Of a stretch of 64,000 nucleotides of DNA, positions 11,901 to 25,300 are shown piece by piece (position 1 is the stretch's first letter; each line of letters begins with the position of its first letter). Under the pieces are notes generated by a model. The model did no database searches. It saw only the letters and a list, made by a program, of their open reading frames with translations, and was not told the origin of the DNA. The translations under genes were made by a program, and so were the position numbers. The stretch comes from Malacoraja senta (taxonomy: Eukaryota), in assembly GCA_038087875.1 (NCBI GenBank), contig JAXLNO010005343.1, positions 124,001 to 188,000 of the forward strand, given 5' to 3'.

Positions 11901-14130
11901 CAAGTAATGTCGTTGTTCAGATTTGAATCATTCATGCAGCCATATGAATATCATAAATATTTCAAATTGTAAATCATACCATAGATGGTCTGCATGCTGA
12001 TATGTATAAAGAAGATGTATCGGAAGATGTATCGGAAGTTTATTTCCAAAGTACAGCATAACACATTTCATTGTAAAATTGTAGTGCCCGTTGTGAATAC
12101 GGAAAAGACAATGCAACTATCGTAGTGGGTGACCCCCTATGATGTACCAGTTCCCCTGTCAATTCCCCCTCTATGAAATGACACCACAGTACGACTAACC
12201 TTCCCACTATCTCCAAAACCCAGATGATATCTGTTATCCACAGGCTATCTACTTCGTTTAGTTAAGCCATATGCCTTCTGAAGAGGATTTGAGAGCCCCG
12301 TTGTGACATTGGGGATGAATGAATGGGGAGATCCGATCGCGTTATCAATTTTTTCTTGTTCATTCTTGTCGGCGGCGTGAATGTCATTGGAAAAAAACAC
12401 ACACGCATATTGAGGAATGACTCGTTTTCATCAAGTTTCAATTGAAACATTTGCATGTGGTTAAAGGGAAGAATTTGTCCAACTGTTTAATGTGTTTCAT
12501 CAATCAATGAACTTGATCAGACTAACTGACCTGAGGGGAAATGTCCGATTCGGCTCACAGCAATCCAAGAAAAGGAAACGCGGTATTTAATCATTTAATA
12601 TGTCTGCAATATGTCGAGGCAATGCGTTTCCATGGAATATTTAATTGAAAAATACGGCAGCCAAACGTGTCACTCTCCCGAGTATTTTGCACTCACTGGC
12701 ATGCATTTTCCAAAACGGATTGACAGAAGCAGAAGTACTTGCTGATATCTATTAAATTGCTTACTCCCATTGCAATCAACTGTATCTTCTGTGAACCTGA
12801 CATCAGTTAACACAAAAACGAATGCTGATTAAGCGGCCCTTTCCGAACAATTCAGTTGTCATCTTCTGTAGTAGTATTTATGTTGAAATGTAAGAATAAA
12901 TTCCAAGAATTTATGAATCAATCAAAAATAAAACCCAAGTTGATCCCGCCATAAAAACACGTATTTTTGTGCGATTCGTATTGTGGCAATTTGAGAATTA
13001 GAATTACACAGCCGTCCTCGGCTTCTGAGTTACAAATAACTTTTACAGCTCTGAACTTTCAGGATCGTATTCTTTCAACAACCGGAACAGTCCGCATTCA
13101 ACATTCGCAGCGTCAGTGGAGAGATAAATGAAAATAAAAAAGCTTCCGGTCTAATTCTCAATAGCAAAATGACAAAGAGGGAAAGGAGTTTAGTTTCAAG
13201 TTGCAGAAAATGTGGGACGGCTAGAACGGCAAAGGGAACATTTCGAATAGGACTGGAGCGCATAAGTGCTGGAAAACATGCCACAGAAATGCAGGGAATG
13301 TTCAGTAAATTTGACAGTGTGATTTCAGAATTAACAATACAGAGCAGATCTGTTCTGCTGCGGGCAAGGAAATCGAAGACTACAGTGTAGTCTTGGAACA
13401 TGGAAGAAGAGGTATTATTTCATGTCAGCAGAATGGCGGATTTCGCCGCAGAATGATAGGGTCGGTATGATTTCCTTGGAGAAAAAAGGTGACTAAACTA
13501 AACTGACAGTTCTGCTTTCTCCAGTGCCCCAGTTGTTGTCTCAGTTCTGACCAAAGGCGCTGTCTGCTCTGCTCAATTGAAGATACTAATTTCAAGAAAA
13601 GAGGACAGCTATTTGAAATCGAGTCGCATCGGAATTGCTTTTAACGGAAGGAGCTGAATCTCCTTTCCCTATGGAGTTATGAAGGTCGATTATTGAAAAC
13701 ATTTAATTGAATTACCGATATTTGATTTGAAACATCAGGGGATGGAAGGCTATGGGGAAATGGCATAGAAGGAGAATTGGAGGCAAGGGTGGATTAAGCA
13801 CTTGCTGAATGGCGGGGCAGCCTTGAGTGTTCAGATGGCATATTCCCTGTTCCTAACGTTTAAGTTTTGCGGAAGATAGATACAAATAACTGGCGTAACT
13901 CAGCGGGACAAGCAGCATCTCTGGAGAAAAGGGAAAGGTGACGCATTAGGTCGAGACCTTTCTTCAGACAGTTTTACTTCTTCAAACGAGACATACCTTG
14001 AGGAGATTTCGCAGTGGAGCGGGCAAAATGTGTCAAAAAGTACTGCAGATGATAGTTTAAATCGAAGGTGTGCACAACATGCTGGAGTAACTCAGTGGGC
14101 TAGGCAACATCTCTGGAGAGAAGGAATTGT

Positions 14131-14158
14131 GACGTTTCAGGTCGAGACCCTTCTTCAG
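14131..14158 (-). ncRNA. Minimal hammerhead-ribozyme motif within a Penelope-like repeat
   Basis: Minus strand reads CTGAAGA-A-GGGTC-TC-GACCT-GAAA-C-GTC: CUGANGA core, stem II hairpin, GAAA, palindromic ACGU stem III and a GUC site. Confidence 0.55.
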
Positions 14159-15109
14159 TCTCGACCCGAAACGTCACCCATTCCTTCTCCCTAGAGATGT
14201 TGCCTGTCCCGCTGAGTTATTCCAGCATTTTGTGTGTATCTTCAGTTGTATTTCTTGTTCTTTTGACTCCTACCGTTTTTACCGAATCGAAAGCGATCAT
14301 TTTTTAAAATCCTGTGACAACGGAGAAATGGGGATGGTGTTAAATTGGTCCCATCATTCAGGCGAATTTATGATCGACACCCCACTCCTGCCTCAGCTCG
14401 GATGTACGCGGACCATCGCAGAACTGCAAATTCTTGCCGATCTGAGGTCTGTTTGGATGACAGAAATACTCTCTTATGTACATCCTCGATTAATTGCCAG
14501 TTTTGACCATGGTGTGAACCGCTCGCCTTTAAATTCGCCAATGAACTCAACAATGTGAACCTCTGGCGCTTTGCATGTCATACGGCAGTAAAATGTAGCA
14601 AAGGCTGGGCAAGGGGTGGAGGAGGAGGTGGCTGAACTGTTTCGAGAAAGGCTCCATGTACTTGCTTGATACTCCATGATGACTTAGCTTGCTTAGCATC
14701 ATGGCGTGTTGAATGGAAAGTATTGGCGCAATGAAAGCAGGGCGCATCTGCGACACGTCACTGTATTGTCACAAAGGTCGACCTTGGACAGCATATTCGC
14801 GACCATCAGTACGAGGACATTGCTTAATAGATCGCACGGGCTAAAGCGCAATGGCAGCAATTTCTACCTGCATTGAATTTCTGTAGTTGTTCAGCAAATG
14901 CTTTGTGAAGTTTTCGGAAATGTGTGAGCAGCCACTAACTTGACCTTTGATCCGCGTCAATGCGCAGAGAGGCATCTCATGCATGAGATGAGCATGAGCA
15001 GACTCACTTTCCGGCACACCCACTGAACCCAAGCATACTCGCGGTATTCCTCTCTCACTATTTATTCGACACTTGTTTCATTCGACTGTTCTCTGCAGTT
15101 TTGCCGTGA

Positions 15110-15161
15110 ATGATGACACGTGTCTTACTGCAATTGATTGTTCTTCACGGCAGCTGCGCCG
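15110..15161 (+). CDS. NCR3: Gene 1 exon 1: signal peptide MMTRVLLQLIVLHGSCA
   Basis: ATG at 15110, 17 hydrophobic codons + G, then GT donor (G|GTATAT). Phase 1 matches the VJ exon acceptor 167 nt downstream. The symbol is a family-level assignment only. Confidence 0.8.
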
Positions 15162-15328
15162 GTATATTTTACTCTTACTATAGACAGTCAACCCGAAACT
15201 TAATTATTAATTTATAAGTTTGCTGACCCTTTATCTTTATTTTTTGTTCTCGTTACGTACAATTCTCAATTAATTTGGTCATTAGTTTAATCCTAAGCCT
15301 TATAGTTTCATTTTTCGTTTCCCGACAG

Positions 15329-15640
15329 CTGGTGACGATGGCCCGTTGACCGTAACACAAGTTCCAGAAGCTGTTTTGATGCGGGGTGACTCGGCAGTGC
15401 TTTACTGCATTTATCCAATCTTCTCAGACAACAGGCCGTACAAAGTGCATTGGTGGAGAGATGGGGATAATGGATTCCTGGATGAAAGTGCAGATAAAAG
15501 AATCCAGTTTTATTTCCTGAGAGGGGGAAGCGCTGTCTTACGGCTGGAGGACGTGACAGCGAAGGACGCCGGGCTCTATTTTTGCAGCTTGACACGTACC
15601 AAAGTTTTAAACGGGACTGGTACAAAGCTGGTAGTTTACG
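15329..15640 (+). CDS. NCR3: Gene 1 exon 2: germline-joined VJ-type Ig domain (NKp30/NCR3-like)
   Basis: Acceptor TTTCCCGACAG|, 312-nt open phase 1-1 exon. Motifs LYC, VHW, DAGLYFC and J-like NGTGTKLVV. Donor G|GTGCGT. No RSS. The symbol is a family-level assignment only. Confidence 0.9.
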
Positions 15641-18501
15641 GTGCGTTTCGGGGAGAGGAGCAAGCTAGATCGGTTAACTTCACCAACTCAAAGCGATAAG
15701 CTCAATCACGTTGAAGAAATTGCGCTTTATTCATCTGTGTCCTTTGAAATAATATGATTTGTGTGATTGGTTAGATAGTATTTTTGACGCAATTACCAAA
15801 GAATCCGAATAGACTGATGGAGAGAGTAAATTACGCCTTCCACATCTGCTTTACAGAATTATAGAACCTTTCGCATATATTTTAGAATTGCTTCAACGCA
15901 GAGGGAATGGTGTTACTGAAACCAACGACACACGGCACAGGTAGTTGAGATTGAAAGTATGTAGGGTTCCGAATGTGGTACTGATCAAGGAGATTATTTT
16001 TTTTATTGATTTATTTGGAGCTGCCATCTTTTTTTAATCTAAAGTGTAAGGAATTACAAGTGTAAGGAATTACAGAATCATAGAATCATACAACACAACA
16101 ACTGGCCCGTTCTGCCCACGTCGCCTCTGCCGACGGTGCTAATTGTGTATGTTGATGCTGTTTGCCTGCATTAGGCCCATATCGCTCTATAACGCTTCTG
16201 CGCAATTACTGGTCTAGCGCAATTTAAATGTTATTATTGTACTGCACCCTCTCCGGTGGTAGATGTTCCAGGTATGCAAAACTTCCTCTTCTCCTTTACA
16301 TTTTCCCCCTTTTACCTAAAAACCGTGCCACATAGTTCTTAATTCCACTATTCTGAGGAAAAGACCCCGTCTATGCTATGAGTGGCCCCGATATTTAAAA
16401 CAAAAACGTTTATTAAGTTACTACTCTGCTTCCTTCCTTCCATTGAGAATAAACGCAGTTTACCAAATGTCTCGTTATAAAAAGGCCCTCTATTTCAGTC
16501 AACATTCTGGTGAACCTCTTTTGCACTTGCTCAATTGGTACCATGTTTAACCGCAGTATAAGTTTGGTCACACTTCTGATTGTCCCGGATTACTTGAAAT
16601 TATATAGGAGCCGTGAAGCGAGTCAATCATTGAGGTATGCAAAATTCAAGATCTATATTGTTACATTTAGTCTGCAGAAGGGTCACGACCCGAAACGTCA
16701 CCTATTCCTTTTATCCTGAGTTGCTCCAGTTGTTTGTGTCTATCTTCGGTTTAACCCAGCATCTACAGTTCCTTCCTACACATTGTTGCATTAACGTGTA
16801 TTCTCCGCTCACCTTCCAAGCGATGGAAATGGCATTAAGATCAATAGATATTGAAAACGGCTTGTTTATAAATGGTGTAAATGTACTTGTAGTTTGTATC
16901 TCAAGCCTACATTTTGGGCGGCGTACGCAGAAGCTGATCACTGTTTGAGCTGTTGTAAATGGAAAGGGTTGGTGACTTTTCCATGAATGAATGTCATTGA
17001 TATCGTGTCGGAGGCCTTAACATACCATCCAAATTCTTAAGGGAATGTGTTCGTGCTGGGATAATTGCTCTCGAAGTAATGCAACTACTTTCTTCTGTGC
17101 TTAACGGAATTCTAAATAGCAAGCTGTTCCCTCTGGTCCAAGTTTACAATATTTTTTCACACAAGGACACACATTTTTCTGACCTTCTAACTCAAACATA
17201 TTTTTGACCTCAAGTTACTGCTGAATAAATCTTCTGCACGATTTATTTATTTCAACAACGATAAAGAATATATGTGTAACTTTTTGATAGTCGAGCTGTT
17301 ATTATGGGTTACATTTTGTACAATTATATCACCAAATTATAATATAAATCGTGAAGACGTTTAGAAAATTCAAGTTAATGCTTTGGCTCTTAATGTCTGT
17401 GCATGGAACAGAACGCATCATTTACTTGCGCTACGAGTAGAAACAGAAACGATATGATGTTTATGATGTTTATGAAGTAAGGTAACTGCTGTATAATAGA
17501 CGCAAACTGTAAAATCAGGGCATACAATAAAAAGGTTTAAAAGGAATGAAATTAGACGTTAGTTTATACCACAAGGAACAAATTTAGCAGTTTTAAATCG
17601 CTGAAAAAAAATATGGTTCAATGAAGATTATTTTCGAGGCTACAATGAAATTTGATTCAAGTCACGAAAATCACCGGACTCGTGAAATTTAATAATCATT
17701 TTATTTTCCAGAAACTCCAACTCCTCTGAGCTTGACCACCATGGTGCCAGTTATAGGGTGGGGATTGGACTGGCTGGGCCTTTTTTCGCTTGTGTAGCGG
17801 AGGCTGAACAAAAATCATACCAAGTAAAACACTGGCATACATTCGGCCCGCAATGTTTGTGCACAACACGATGCCAAGTTAAACTGATCTCATCTGCCTG
17901 TACTTAATCCATATTACTCTAGTCCCCGCACTTCCATGCGCCAGTCGACAAGCTAGTTAAACGCCACTACCGTATCTGCTTCCACCACTATCCCTGGCAA
18001 TCCGTCCCAGGATCTCAATACTCTCAGTAAAAAAACTTGCCCCGCACATCTCCATGGAACTTTGCCACTCTCGGCTTATAGCTATGCCCTCTAGTATTGA
18101 CGCTTTCCACCCTTGGAAAATTACCGCACCTACGCATCATAAAGATATTAAGATCAACCTCGTGTATTTTTAAAAGCTTCTTAAATATCACTATTGTACC
18201 TTTGTATCTTTGTATATTTCTACACTACCACGTCTAGCAGCACGCTTCAGACACCGACCACGCTCTGTGCTAAGCACTTGCTCGGCATATCTCATTTAAA
18301 CTTTGCCCCTCCAACGTAAACCCACGTCCTCTGGTCTTTAACCTTTACAACATGAGAAACGGGATCTGACATATGATGCCACAATTACATGTACTTCCAT
18401 CCGGAATGCATTCAGCCTCCATCGTTCGGGAGGAGACAACCTCTGTTCCAACCTCTCCTTATGCCCATTACCCTCTAATCCAGAGAGCATCGTGGTTAAA
18501 T

Positions 18502-18790
18502 GCAGCAATGTGGATTAGCTGGTAGAGGTGCGGCATCATAACGCTGGAAACCTTGGTTCAATCCTGACCTCGGGTGTTGTTTGTATGGAGGTTGCACTTT
18601 CTCCCAATGATCGCGTGGGCTTCATTCCGGTGCTGCGGTTTCCTCCGACATTACAAAGATGTACGGGTGTATAGATTAATTGGTCTCTGTAAAATTGTCC
18701 GCAATGTGCAGAGAATGTATGAGAAAATGGGATAATCTAGAATGTGTAAACAAGTGATCGTTGGTCACCCTTGACACGTTGGTCCGAATG
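18502..18790 (+). mobile_element. HE1/V-SINE-like SINE, decayed
   Basis: tRNA-like head (GGTTCAATCCTGACC) followed by the GGAGGTTGCACTTTCTCCC...GGTTTCCTCC V-SINE-like block. Confidence 0.7.
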
Positions 18791-21194
18791 CATCTAATAA
18801 CATTGGCAGTCTTCCTGGCTGTCCGTAACGTCGCCCATTTTGGTGTCGTCTGCAAACATAATCACCAACTCATTTACAATTACATCTACGTCATTCATAT
18901 AGAAATCACAGACATTGATCTCTGTGGAACTCCAATTGTCACAGACCTCCATCCAGAATAATACCCTTCTATCCGAACCCTCTGTCTTCTATGAATAAGC
19001 CAGTTCTGAATCCATACGACCAACTCGGACCAATTCACCCTGAATCCCATGCATCCTAATTTTCTCGATCAATCTGACTTGCCGTGGACATGCTGACCGT
19101 CCGTAATTAATCCACTTTCTTCCAAATGCCAAGAAAATCTATCCCAAATTATTATCTTCAATAACTTCCCTTTCACTGACGTGAGGCTCATTAATTGTCA
19201 TCCCTTTGCGTAATTGAAGCAAACACACGCATTTAGCGGATAGTAGCCAGCCTGTTTCAGTGACAGCGCTCCTTTCAGCACATCTTCAGCACGCGCACCA
19301 AAATACCACGATTCCCAACCAGCCTTGTCTATTTCGCAAAGCCGTCTGCTGTGGAGTTACTAGTTTACCACTCAACGAGTTTCGAACATAGCTTAGTGCA
19401 TGGACAATAATTATTGATTAGCTAAAGCAATTACGACAACAAAATTGATCGTATTTGAAGAGCTGGCTTTGTCTGGCAGGTTCCGCACCTGGGGAGTCAT
19501 GAATACCGTTAAATGAATTAAGGTTATATTTTAGAAATCTCAGTTTTAACGCGGACGGTTCATGCATCAGGAACACACACTTGCTAAAGTTATTGTCTCC
19601 CGTCCGCCTGTGAACGAATGTAGAAGCAAGACATAAATGCTAGCAATGAGAGGAACACATTGACATAGAAGTCCTACGAGCAATAAACCGATGTAAAATG
19701 CTTCTTCCATCATGAATGATTGATTTACAATCTTCTTCAGCTAGAGATGTCAAACAGGACGATTCACCTCGGCATACGAACGAATGTTCGCTTGTGCAAA
19801 AGTCACACTTTCTGCATATGGCCTCACCTATCATGCAAATATACTCCTGCCATATTACGTTAGCTTCGCCCGGCATGTGTTTTACTCTTCCCTCAACATG
19901 TTTCTCCAGATTTGAACTGGACGTATTCTCCTTTGCACCAATCCACTCACAACCAGTGAGATTCTTTAAACTTTACAAGGGATTTGCTCATTCGTGTTTC
20001 ACGATTTCTAAACCTGTCGAGGCGGGGAAGACAACATTCCACAAAGTAATTCTGCGTGTTTTTCATTTATTTACCATTACCCTTGAACTTTATGCTCTCC
20101 ATAAATTACTTTTTGCGCCGGGGCCTTATCCTTCGCTTGCAGATTTCACACGATCGGTTATAATTGCCATTTTTCAAATGAATTGCGTTACATAATTCCA
20201 GGTTCACTTACTTTACTTGTTAGAATTCAATTTCCAATGAATTCCAATGTACTTCTTTGCTAAAAGTAGGCAGCGTCCGCCCATGATTAAACAAATCTAA
20301 CAGATGGTTTCAATGTAATTAAATTAGAGACATTTGAAAATTTCATCATGGTTACATGATCTGCCAGCATCATCATTGAAGTTAAATAACTGCATTAGAA
20401 AACCTACGCCAGAATTTCGGTAAATATAATGAGGGCATGCTGTTTCATGCCCGAATAAGGACCATTGCTTGTACATTAAAGACATTTGTACATAATGGAG
20501 AAAGTCTAACGAGCAAATTATACAATTAATTCCCGTGTGTCTATATATTGGAGAAATGGTTTTTTGATGAAGTAACAAGACAATTTGATGAATAATTGAT
20601 GTAGATGACGTCAATAAGAATTTTTGAGAAAAGGATTCGACAAAGCTTCAAACAAAATGTTGGTTATTAAAGTTGTCGCTCATAGGAATAAAGCAAGCAA
20701 CTAATAAATAAACGAGCTTTCAGGGAGGCATACGAAGGAAAGTGATGGAGAGAGTAATCAAGAAAAAGCGGGGAATAGGACGTTGCTCTTCGATTATCCG
20801 GGTTCGAAAGGATGGAAGTAATAAGGTCCACTAAGTAATCAGTTCACGGTTCTTACAAAACTTGCAATCAACGATAAAAGCTGACCGATGTCTGTTGTTA
20901 TTTGATGCATTTGAAATAAGATCACGAGACAGGACGGAAATTGTTATGTGTGCATCCTTTCAATAAAGATGCGCGGGTATGCCGTTCCAAATCATTGCAT
21001 ATTTAATGCAATTTAATAGTACTGCTGATAGGTTGATATTAATTAATTACCTCAAATTAATAACAATATTCTGTGTTTAGAGGGGATAATGTGAAGCTGC
21101 CGCAATATCTAAACCCTCCAGGTAGTTCATTGATATTCTGCAGGAAAGGCGCATTGTCGACTGTGCATTTTGACTGTATCGATTTTCAACAGAC

Positions 21195-21390
21195 AATAGA
21201 CAATAGGTGCAGGAGTAGGCCATTCGGCCCTTCGAGCCAGCACTGCCATTCAATGTGATTATGGCTGATCATCCCCAATCAGTACCCCGTTCTTGCCTTC
21301 TCCCCACATCCCCTGACTCCGCTATCTTTAAGAGCCCTATCTAGATCTCTCTTGAAAGTATCCAAAGAACTGGCCTCCACCGCCCTCTGA
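21195..21390 (-). mobile_element. CR1 3'-end fragment
   Basis: (AGACAAT)n tail followed by AGGTGCAGGAGTAGGCCATTCGGCCCTTCGAGCC, nearly identical to the 3' end of the CR1 at 1875. Confidence 0.8.
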
Positions 21391-22219
21391 AGCAGATGGT
21401 CACCGTGCCACCCTGAACACAGAGAACATCAATCCACCTTTGGAAGTGAACTACTAAGTCATGCACATCTATATAATGATGGGTCCAAAAGACAGATTGT
21501 CTATCGGCACCCTGGATTAAAAAAATATACAAAATAAAGGAATATGTATTTCTGTGTTGTACGATACCTCGTTTGTAACTGCTCAGTCACAGCGAGCGAA
21601 ATCTACCTTGGATTATACACCCACTCTCTTGAATTTAATTTAAAAGATTTCTGTCGATTTGGGATCGTAATTCACAGCAAAATTCAATTTCCATAATTAC
21701 ATTCCCAATATTCTACGAATATTGCATCGTCTGGAACTCAGCTTTGGGCACATCAGGGCCGTCATAAACGTAATGACGGCGTGGAATATTGTCCAGCCTC
21801 ACTGTATAATCACACGATGAAGAGTAAATAAGTGTTTTTATAATTTCCCATTTCTGGATATTCCACAAGATGGCCTGTTGTACCGTCACAGCTATACATC
21901 ACTACATGTTACGCTCTGCAACATGGCTACATACACACTTCGAAATGATTAGTATTGGTTGTAGCCAAATATTTGGGGGGTTCTGCACCTTAATGATGCT
22001 TTCATTGTATGAGTCATATGCATACAACTGGGATTGGACAGAAATGGAAACAGCAACTGCGCTCATGGGCAATGTTCATATCTGTTTATTTCGCGTCGAA
22101 AAGTCAAATCGATATTTTAAAAAAAGAGACAGAATGACGCTGTTGAACTGATTGCCAGTCCTATTATATAATACTGCACATATGTTAAAATTGACCACTA
22201 TTTCTTTTATTGTTTACAG

Positions 22220-22312
22220 TTTTTGTTAATCCACTTCATAATACGCTTTTTGGTTACATAAGAGCAGGATTGATACCTATCATAATCGTTACTTTCATTG
22301 TGATATATAAAG
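22220..22312 (+). CDS. NCR3: Gene 1 exon 3: stalk and transmembrane segment containing Arg (VFVNPLHNTLFGYIRAGLIPIIIVTFIVIYK)
   Basis: Pyrimidine-rich acceptor TTTACAG|, 93-nt phase 1-1 exon, strong donor G|GTAAGA. The IRAG motif parallels LRAG in the NKp30 TM. Linkage to the VJ exon across 6.6 kb is inferred. Confidence 0.8.
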
Positions 22313-25300
22313 GTAAGACTCCGAAGCTATTTGATCTCTAGATTGTTGTAAAATTAACCAATCGGAATTCAGCAATACTTTAGTTTAGAGATACAGCGCG
22401 GAAACAAGCCCTTCGGCTCACCAAGTCGGCGCCGAACAGCGATCCCCGCAACCTACACACACTAACGACAATTTATAATTATATCAAGCCAATTAACCTA
22501 CAAACCTGTAAATCTCTGGGGGGAAACCAGATATACTGGAGAAAATAATGTTTGAGAGTTTTATTGGATCGGGCACAGCGCGGTTAGCTGATCTACAAAT
22601 ACACCCGCCGCATCTCATTAGGTACATGGTTTCTCGGAAGCTGACCTTTGAGCTAGTCACCGATTTGTACATGAAGGATTGATGTCCCTTGATCCCAGAT
22701 ATGTGTTGTGGGCCAGGTTGTGGAATAAGGGGTGGAGTCTGAGAAAATGGGTCGGTGATGCAAAAACTCATTTTGCAATTGATTCTGCTTCGATTCGACA
22801 ACTTGAAGAGGACTCATATTCTATAGATTTTTAACTATTGATATCGTGATATTAGTTTCACTGCATATATGTATACAATACACAAAAGTAATCAGAAAAA
22901 ATATAACGTTTTATATGCTGCTAGATGTACTGGCTACTACGCTTTGTCTAGGCCAAGAGTGATTTTTTTTCTCTAAATTACCTCCCTATAGGGACGTGCA
23001 GAACATCGAAAGAAAGTGCCGATCAGAAAACGAAGGCAAGACGAATGAATGAATGAATTAATTAATAGACACGTGTAATACTGCAGATACATTCGAACGA
23101 CACTCGGACTTTCTCCCAATTATTACCTTCGTTTGGCTTTCAAATGTTACTGCAAGTCAAATTGCGTGGAGAAATTAGAACAAAATAAATGTCCTCGGCA
23201 AACATAACTGTTGTAGGCTCAATTATGTACCTGATGATATTTATGGAAGCACTGAGATAGGAACGAAGAATTTAGAGAAGGGATAGGCCATATGATCCTT
23301 CGAACCTGCTTGGTCGTTCACTATGATCATGGATCAACTTGCAAATTCAATGTCCTGCTCCTGTTTTCTCCCAATGTCCCTTGATCCCAGATATGTGTTT
23401 ACTGCTGTAGGTCTCTATCATGTTATAACAATATGTACTCCATTGTTAATGTATTTAATCATTTGGATTCGAGTGATTTATGATATAGAGAAATATGTAG
23501 ATTTTTCTCATCTCCTAGAGAAGAACGCGGTCCTCATCACAGTCTGAAGTGGATTTTCCCTTATTCTTTGATAATGATCCCTGGTACTGATTTTCCCATC
23601 AATCGGGAACAAACTTATTCCATCATATCTTTCCTAGACCGTGGATATTTAAGCATTCTGTGGGCTACCTTCTTAGGCTTCCATATTTTAAACTAAGTAC
23701 CCCAATTGAATCCAATGCATACGTCAGTCTTGACGCAGTCTACCAGCCTGTTGAAATCTCACTGACTCACACCATCACATGAAGATCTGTTCACAGTCAA
23801 ATATACAAAAATACACTCAACTCTCAAGGAGAGCAATCAACGATGTCTATACAACTGCATTGAGACAATGCTTCTTCTATCGTGGAATCCTCATGATATG
23901 AAGAACATTCTATAATTTGCCTCCTTCGTTGCTTTGCTGCGTTTCATAATCTATCGGGATTCAGACAATGATCGTCCTTCTTGTCATTATCACCGAAGTT
24001 GAAACCCTCGCATTTATTAAGATTGCACTCCATCCGCCGTGAGTCTGTCCTTTCTCTCAAAACGAAGCTCCTCAGCATCCACCAGAGTGCTCATCCTCTC
24101 ACGCAGTTTGATGCTGTCGATAAACAGCTATACAATAAATTTAATTCCATGATCTAATTATCAATATATATCGTGACTAGCTGAAATCCCAGCAATGTCA
24201 ATGCCTGCTACTAGGGGGAAAATACCTGTTTATTTCCACTCTTTCTTTTCTGTTGGCCAACTAATTGCTGATCACTCTCAACATGCTAACCTTTAATTTG
24301 TTCTAGTCTGTTCGGTAAGATTTTACCGAAATGCTTCAGGGCGTATAAATACACTAAAACGACGGACTCCCCCGCACATATTCTGCTTGTTACTTCCTCA
24401 AAAATACGATAGACTTGTCAAGCATGATCGCCGTTTCACAAATTGACGTTTGCTTTGAGCGGTCGCTTTCCCCCCATTCTATTTTTAACTCCCTTTGCTC
24501 AATTACTTCCAAAGCTATTTTGTTAAGTTTTACTTTGGTGGAGCCTTTTGGGTCCTCGAGATTTATTGGTGCCAGTCACCTTCATTCTACAGACATCGTT
24601 TATCCACTAGTATTGGTTTCACTTAGTTCCTCCCCTCGACTCGACAAGGTGTTTCTCACAGAGATCCAAGGCCATTTTAAATCCCCCATTCAAGCTAATC
24701 AAATGGCATATTTAATTGTCCTGCTATTTCTTTGTTTTATTAATTTATAATTCAAATTCTGTATAAATGATACCGTTCCTGACTGTAGGTGCTTAAGATT
24801 TCCATCATCTATCTTCCCTCTTCACACACACGCACACATTCACATACAGACACTTATACATATAAGCTTTTGCAGTCAGTGGTTAAATATCCGTAAGCTT
24901 CATCTTATATTCTACATCTACCCTTCTAACTACCCTTAACCTCGTAGCTGAAGCGTAAAGTTCTCATAATCCCCAACTTTGCTACGTTTTCCAGACATAT
25001 TTTATTACTGCTCTGTGGATGTCTTTGTAGACTATGTGGGCTATATTGTAGACTTCCTCGCTACTAGCGGAATAGAGAGGAACTGATATAGGCGTTTCCG
25101 TAAATACAGCACTCAGTAGTGAAACCTCCAGATTATGTTCCAAACTTCCAGATTATGTCCTTGATTTTATTAATGTAATTTTCCCATTGTTTCATACCCT
25201 GTATTTTAAGTAGTATAAATCATGGAGTATAACCAAAATAATGAGATGAAGCAAAAATAAATAAACCTGTTTTTACAAAGAAAAATATCTGATATGTCCC

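Noticed and set aside
13075-13401. Overlapping 108-aa (-) and 73-aa (+) ORFs
   Set aside because: No recognisable domain or consistent splice pair, and other frames are full of stops. May be a very old LINE remnant.
19716-20195. 159-aa plus-strand ORF within the gene 1 intron
   Set aside because: Antisense to an old CR1 endonuclease remnant, with no Ig motifs.
24995-25067. Exon-like Cys-rich stretch DIFLLLLCGCLCRLCGLYC after a good acceptor
   Set aside because: Lies in the antisense strand of a decayed CR1 (similar to 3710-3840).
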